DNA of 64,000 bases from an uncultured Collinsella sp. (GTDB taxonomy: Bacteria; Actinomycetota; Coriobacteriia; Coriobacteriales; Coriobacteriaceae). The stretch lies in contig CABUNB010000002.1 of assembly GCA_902492755.1 (NCBI GenBank), positions 13,774-77,773 on the forward strand. Reading direction: 5' to 3'. A program made the translations under genes and the position numbers. Position 1 is the stretch's first letter; each line of letters starts with the position of its first letter. Shown here piece after piece: positions 62,197 through 64,000 of the stretch. The notes below the pieces were generated by a model that worked only from the letters and a program-made list of their open reading frames with translations, was not told the DNA's origin and ran no database searches.

Positions 62197-63177
62197 ATGA
62201 AGGACATCACCATCAGCCGCAGGAGCCTTCTGGTCTCCGCCGGCCTGCTCGCGCTCGCCCCGCTCGCCGGATGCGGCGGCAACTCTGGTTTCGGCCCCGC
62301 AGCCGCCGGTTCCGACTACACCATCGGCGTTCTGCAGCTCACCGAGCACTCCGCGCTCGATGCCGCCAACGACGGCTTTGTCAAGGCCATCAAGAAGAGC
62401 GGCCTTAAGGTCAAGATCGACCAGAAGAACGCCCAGAACGACCAGTCCACGTGTAAGTCCATTGCCGACAAGTTTGTGGGCGACAACGTCAACCTGATTT
62501 ATGCCATCGCCACGCCCGCCGCGCAGGCTGCCGCCGGCGCCACGGCCGATATCCCCATCGTGGGCTGTGCCATCACCGACTACGCCGCCTCCGGCCTGGT
62601 CCAGGACAACGACAAGCCGGGCACCAACGTCACGGGCGCTTCCGACCTCACCCCGGTCGCCGAGCAGCTCGAGATGATGCAGAAGGTCCTGCCCGACGTT
62701 AAAAAGGTCGGCCTGCTCTACTGCACCGCCGAGTCCAACTCCGACGTCCAGATCAAGGCCGCCAAGAAGGAACTCGACAAGCTGGGCCTGGAGTACACCG
62801 ATTTCACCGTCTCGAGCTCCAACGAGATTCAGTCCGTCGTCGAGTCTGCCGTGGGCAAGGTCGACGCGCTGTACTCCCCCACCGACAACACCATCGCCGC
62901 GGGTGCCTCGCAGGTCGGCCAGATCTGCAAGGAAAACAAGCTTCCCTTCGTGACTGGCGAGGAGGGTATGTGCATGGCCGGCGGCCTGTTCACCCTCTCC
63001 ATCAATTACGAGGACCTGGGCTACGCCGCGGGCGAGATGGCCGTTAAGATCCTGAAGGGCGAGGCCAAGCCCGAAGACATGCCGATCAAGCACCTCTCGA
63101 GCAAGGACCTGGTCGTCGTCAAGAACGACGAAATGGCCGAGGCCCTGGGCATCGACCTTTCCGCTCTGGACGCGTAA
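62197..63177 (+). CDS. ABC transporter substrate-binding lipoprotein (ABC_sub_bind/PF04392-like)
   Basis: ORF trimmed to the ATG at 62197. The signal peptide carries the lipobox LAGC, and YTIGVLQLTEHSALD is typical of this family. Confidence 0.8.
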   Translation: MKDITISRRSLLVSAGLLALAPLAGCGGNSGFGPAAAGSDYTIGVLQLTEHSALDAANDGFVKAIKKSGLKVKIDQKNAQNDQSTCKSIADKFVGDNVNLIYAIATPAAQAAAGATADIPIVGCAITDYAASGLVQDNDKPGTNVTGASDLTPVAEQLEMMQKVLPDVKKVGLLYCTAESNSDVQIKAAKKELDKLGLEYTDFTVSSSNEIQSVVESAVGKVDALYSPTDNTIAAGASQVGQICKENKLPFVTGEEGMCMAGGLFTLSINYEDLGYAAGEMAVKILKGEAKPEDMPIKHLSSKDLVVVKNDEMAEALGIDLSALDA

Positions 63178-63380
63178 TGCCATACGCGGCATGCGTTTAG
63201 AGCCCGTGCTCGCGCTTTAGCCGCGTTATTCAATATCTGAGCCACAGGGGCGGGCGCTGTAGACCGGCGTCCGCCCTGCTTGTTTCGGATGAGACAAAAC
63301 ATCCGTCCGCAGCTCTTTTATACATTGTTACCGCTATCATGGTGACTCACGTGTCCACCCTATCCTAGGAGGTATGAAGC

Positions 63381-64000
63381 ATGCTCATTGCATTGCAGGG
63401 CGCCGTTTCGCAGGGCGTCCTCTGGGGCATTATGGTGCTTGGCGTGTTTATCACGTTCCGCCTGCTCGACATTCCCGATATGACCTGCGACGGCAGCTTT
63501 GCCCTCGGCGGCTGCGTCTGCGCCGTGCTCATCGTCAATAACAACGTCGACCCGCTGCTCGCCGTGCTGGCCGGCATGTGCGCCGGCGCCATCGCGGGCG
63601 CCGTCACGGGCATTTTGACCACCGTCTTTGAGATTCCCGCGATCCTCGCCGGAATCCTCACCCAGATCAGTCTGTGGTCCATCAACCTGCGCATCATGGG
63701 CAAATCCAATACGCCCATTCTTGCCAAGGGCACCGTGTTCTCGGCCGTCAGCAACATGACGGGCCTGCCGCAGTCCACCGTCGCCATCATCCTGGGTATT
63801 TTGCTCGCCGTGGCTATCGTTACCATCCTGTATTGGTTCTTTGGCACCGAGATCGGCTCGGCACTGCGCGCCACCGGCAACAACGAGTACATGATCCGCG
63901 CCCTGGGCGTCAACACCAACTCCACCAAGATGATCGCCCTCGTGCTCTCCAACGCCCTCATCGGCCTTTCGGGCGCGCTCATCTGCCAGAGCCAGAAGTA
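63381..64000 (+). CDS. ABC transporter permease (BPD_transp_2-like), 3' end outside window
   Basis: The plus-strand frame is open from the ATG at 63381 (8 nt after GGAGG) to the window end. It translates to MLIALQGAVSQGVLWGIMVLGVFITFRLLDIPDMTCDGSFALGG. It is absent from the ORF track because no stop is reached. Confidence 0.8.
   Translation, partial: MLIALQGAVSQGVLWGIMVLGVFITFRLLDIPDMTCDGSFALGGCVCAVLIVNNNVDPLLAVLAGMCAGAIAGAVTGILTTVFEIPAILAGILTQISLWSINLRIMGKSNTPILAKGTVFSAVSNMTGLPQSTVAIILGILLAVAIVTILYWFFGTEIGSALRATGNNEYMIRALGVNTNSTKMIALVLSNALIGLSGALICQSQK

Noticed and set aside
63365-63982. Minus-strand 205-aa ORF at the right end of the window
   Set aside because: The plus-strand frame from 63381 encodes a typical ABC permease N-terminus (GIMVLGVFITFRLLDIPDMTCDGSFALGG) with a GGAGG 8 nt upstream, and it follows the cognate binding-protein gene. 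The minus-strand ORF is its antisense shadow.

Overview
High-GC (about 60%+) bacterial chromosome segment. Gene content and order suggest a Coriobacteriia/Collinsella-like actinobacterium; that is an inference, not a search result. Most genes are on the minus strand. The backbone is the ribosomal-protein/RNA-polymerase supercluster, but it is broken up. Reading the minus strand from high to low coordinates it runs: rplJ-rplL | galU | rpoB-rpoC | an ECF sigma/anti-sigma cassette | rpsL-rpsG-fusA-rpsJ | about 14 kb holding birA, a complete Firmicute-style type II fatty-acid synthesis cluster (fabH-acpP-fabK-fabD-fabG-fabF-accB-fabZ-accC-accDA), an orphan PTS EIIC, a CDF transporter and a phosphatase | rplC-rplD-rplW-rplB-rpsS-rplV-rpsC-rplP-rpmC-rpsQ-rplN-rplX, then a terminator. 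The right third (40.5-64 kb) holds metabolic and transport genes: an aminotransferase, a deoxyinosine glycosylase, a GH13 enzyme, an MFS transporter, a lower-GC alpha-glucoside-type PTS/GH4/RpiR island, fused feoAB, a DDAH-like enzyme with an amino-acid antiporter and a GntR regulator, an esterase, a PTS EIIA, asnS, a WYL-type regulator and an ABC transporter. I recognised no rRNA, tRNA, CRISPR array, transposase or integrase. The most unusual content is non-coding. (1) Three long quasi-palindromes share an asymmetric core of about 65 nt but have locus-specific 26-41 bp arms; one sits just upstream of each predicted r-protein operon promoter (rplC, rpsL, rplJ). (2) Several families of small intergenic hairpins and repeats occur, including two triple-tandem hairpin arrays and a GGGACAGG-loop hairpin. 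Near-identical copies of that hairpin bracket an inserted segment at two loci, one being the ECF sigma/anti-sigma cassette between rpoC and rpsL. (3) RpoC carries a C-terminal extension of about 230 aa that aligns well by eye to the RpoA alpha-CTD helix-hairpin-helix domain. All calls come from reading the sequence and the ORF track; no database search, HMM scan or folding program was run.
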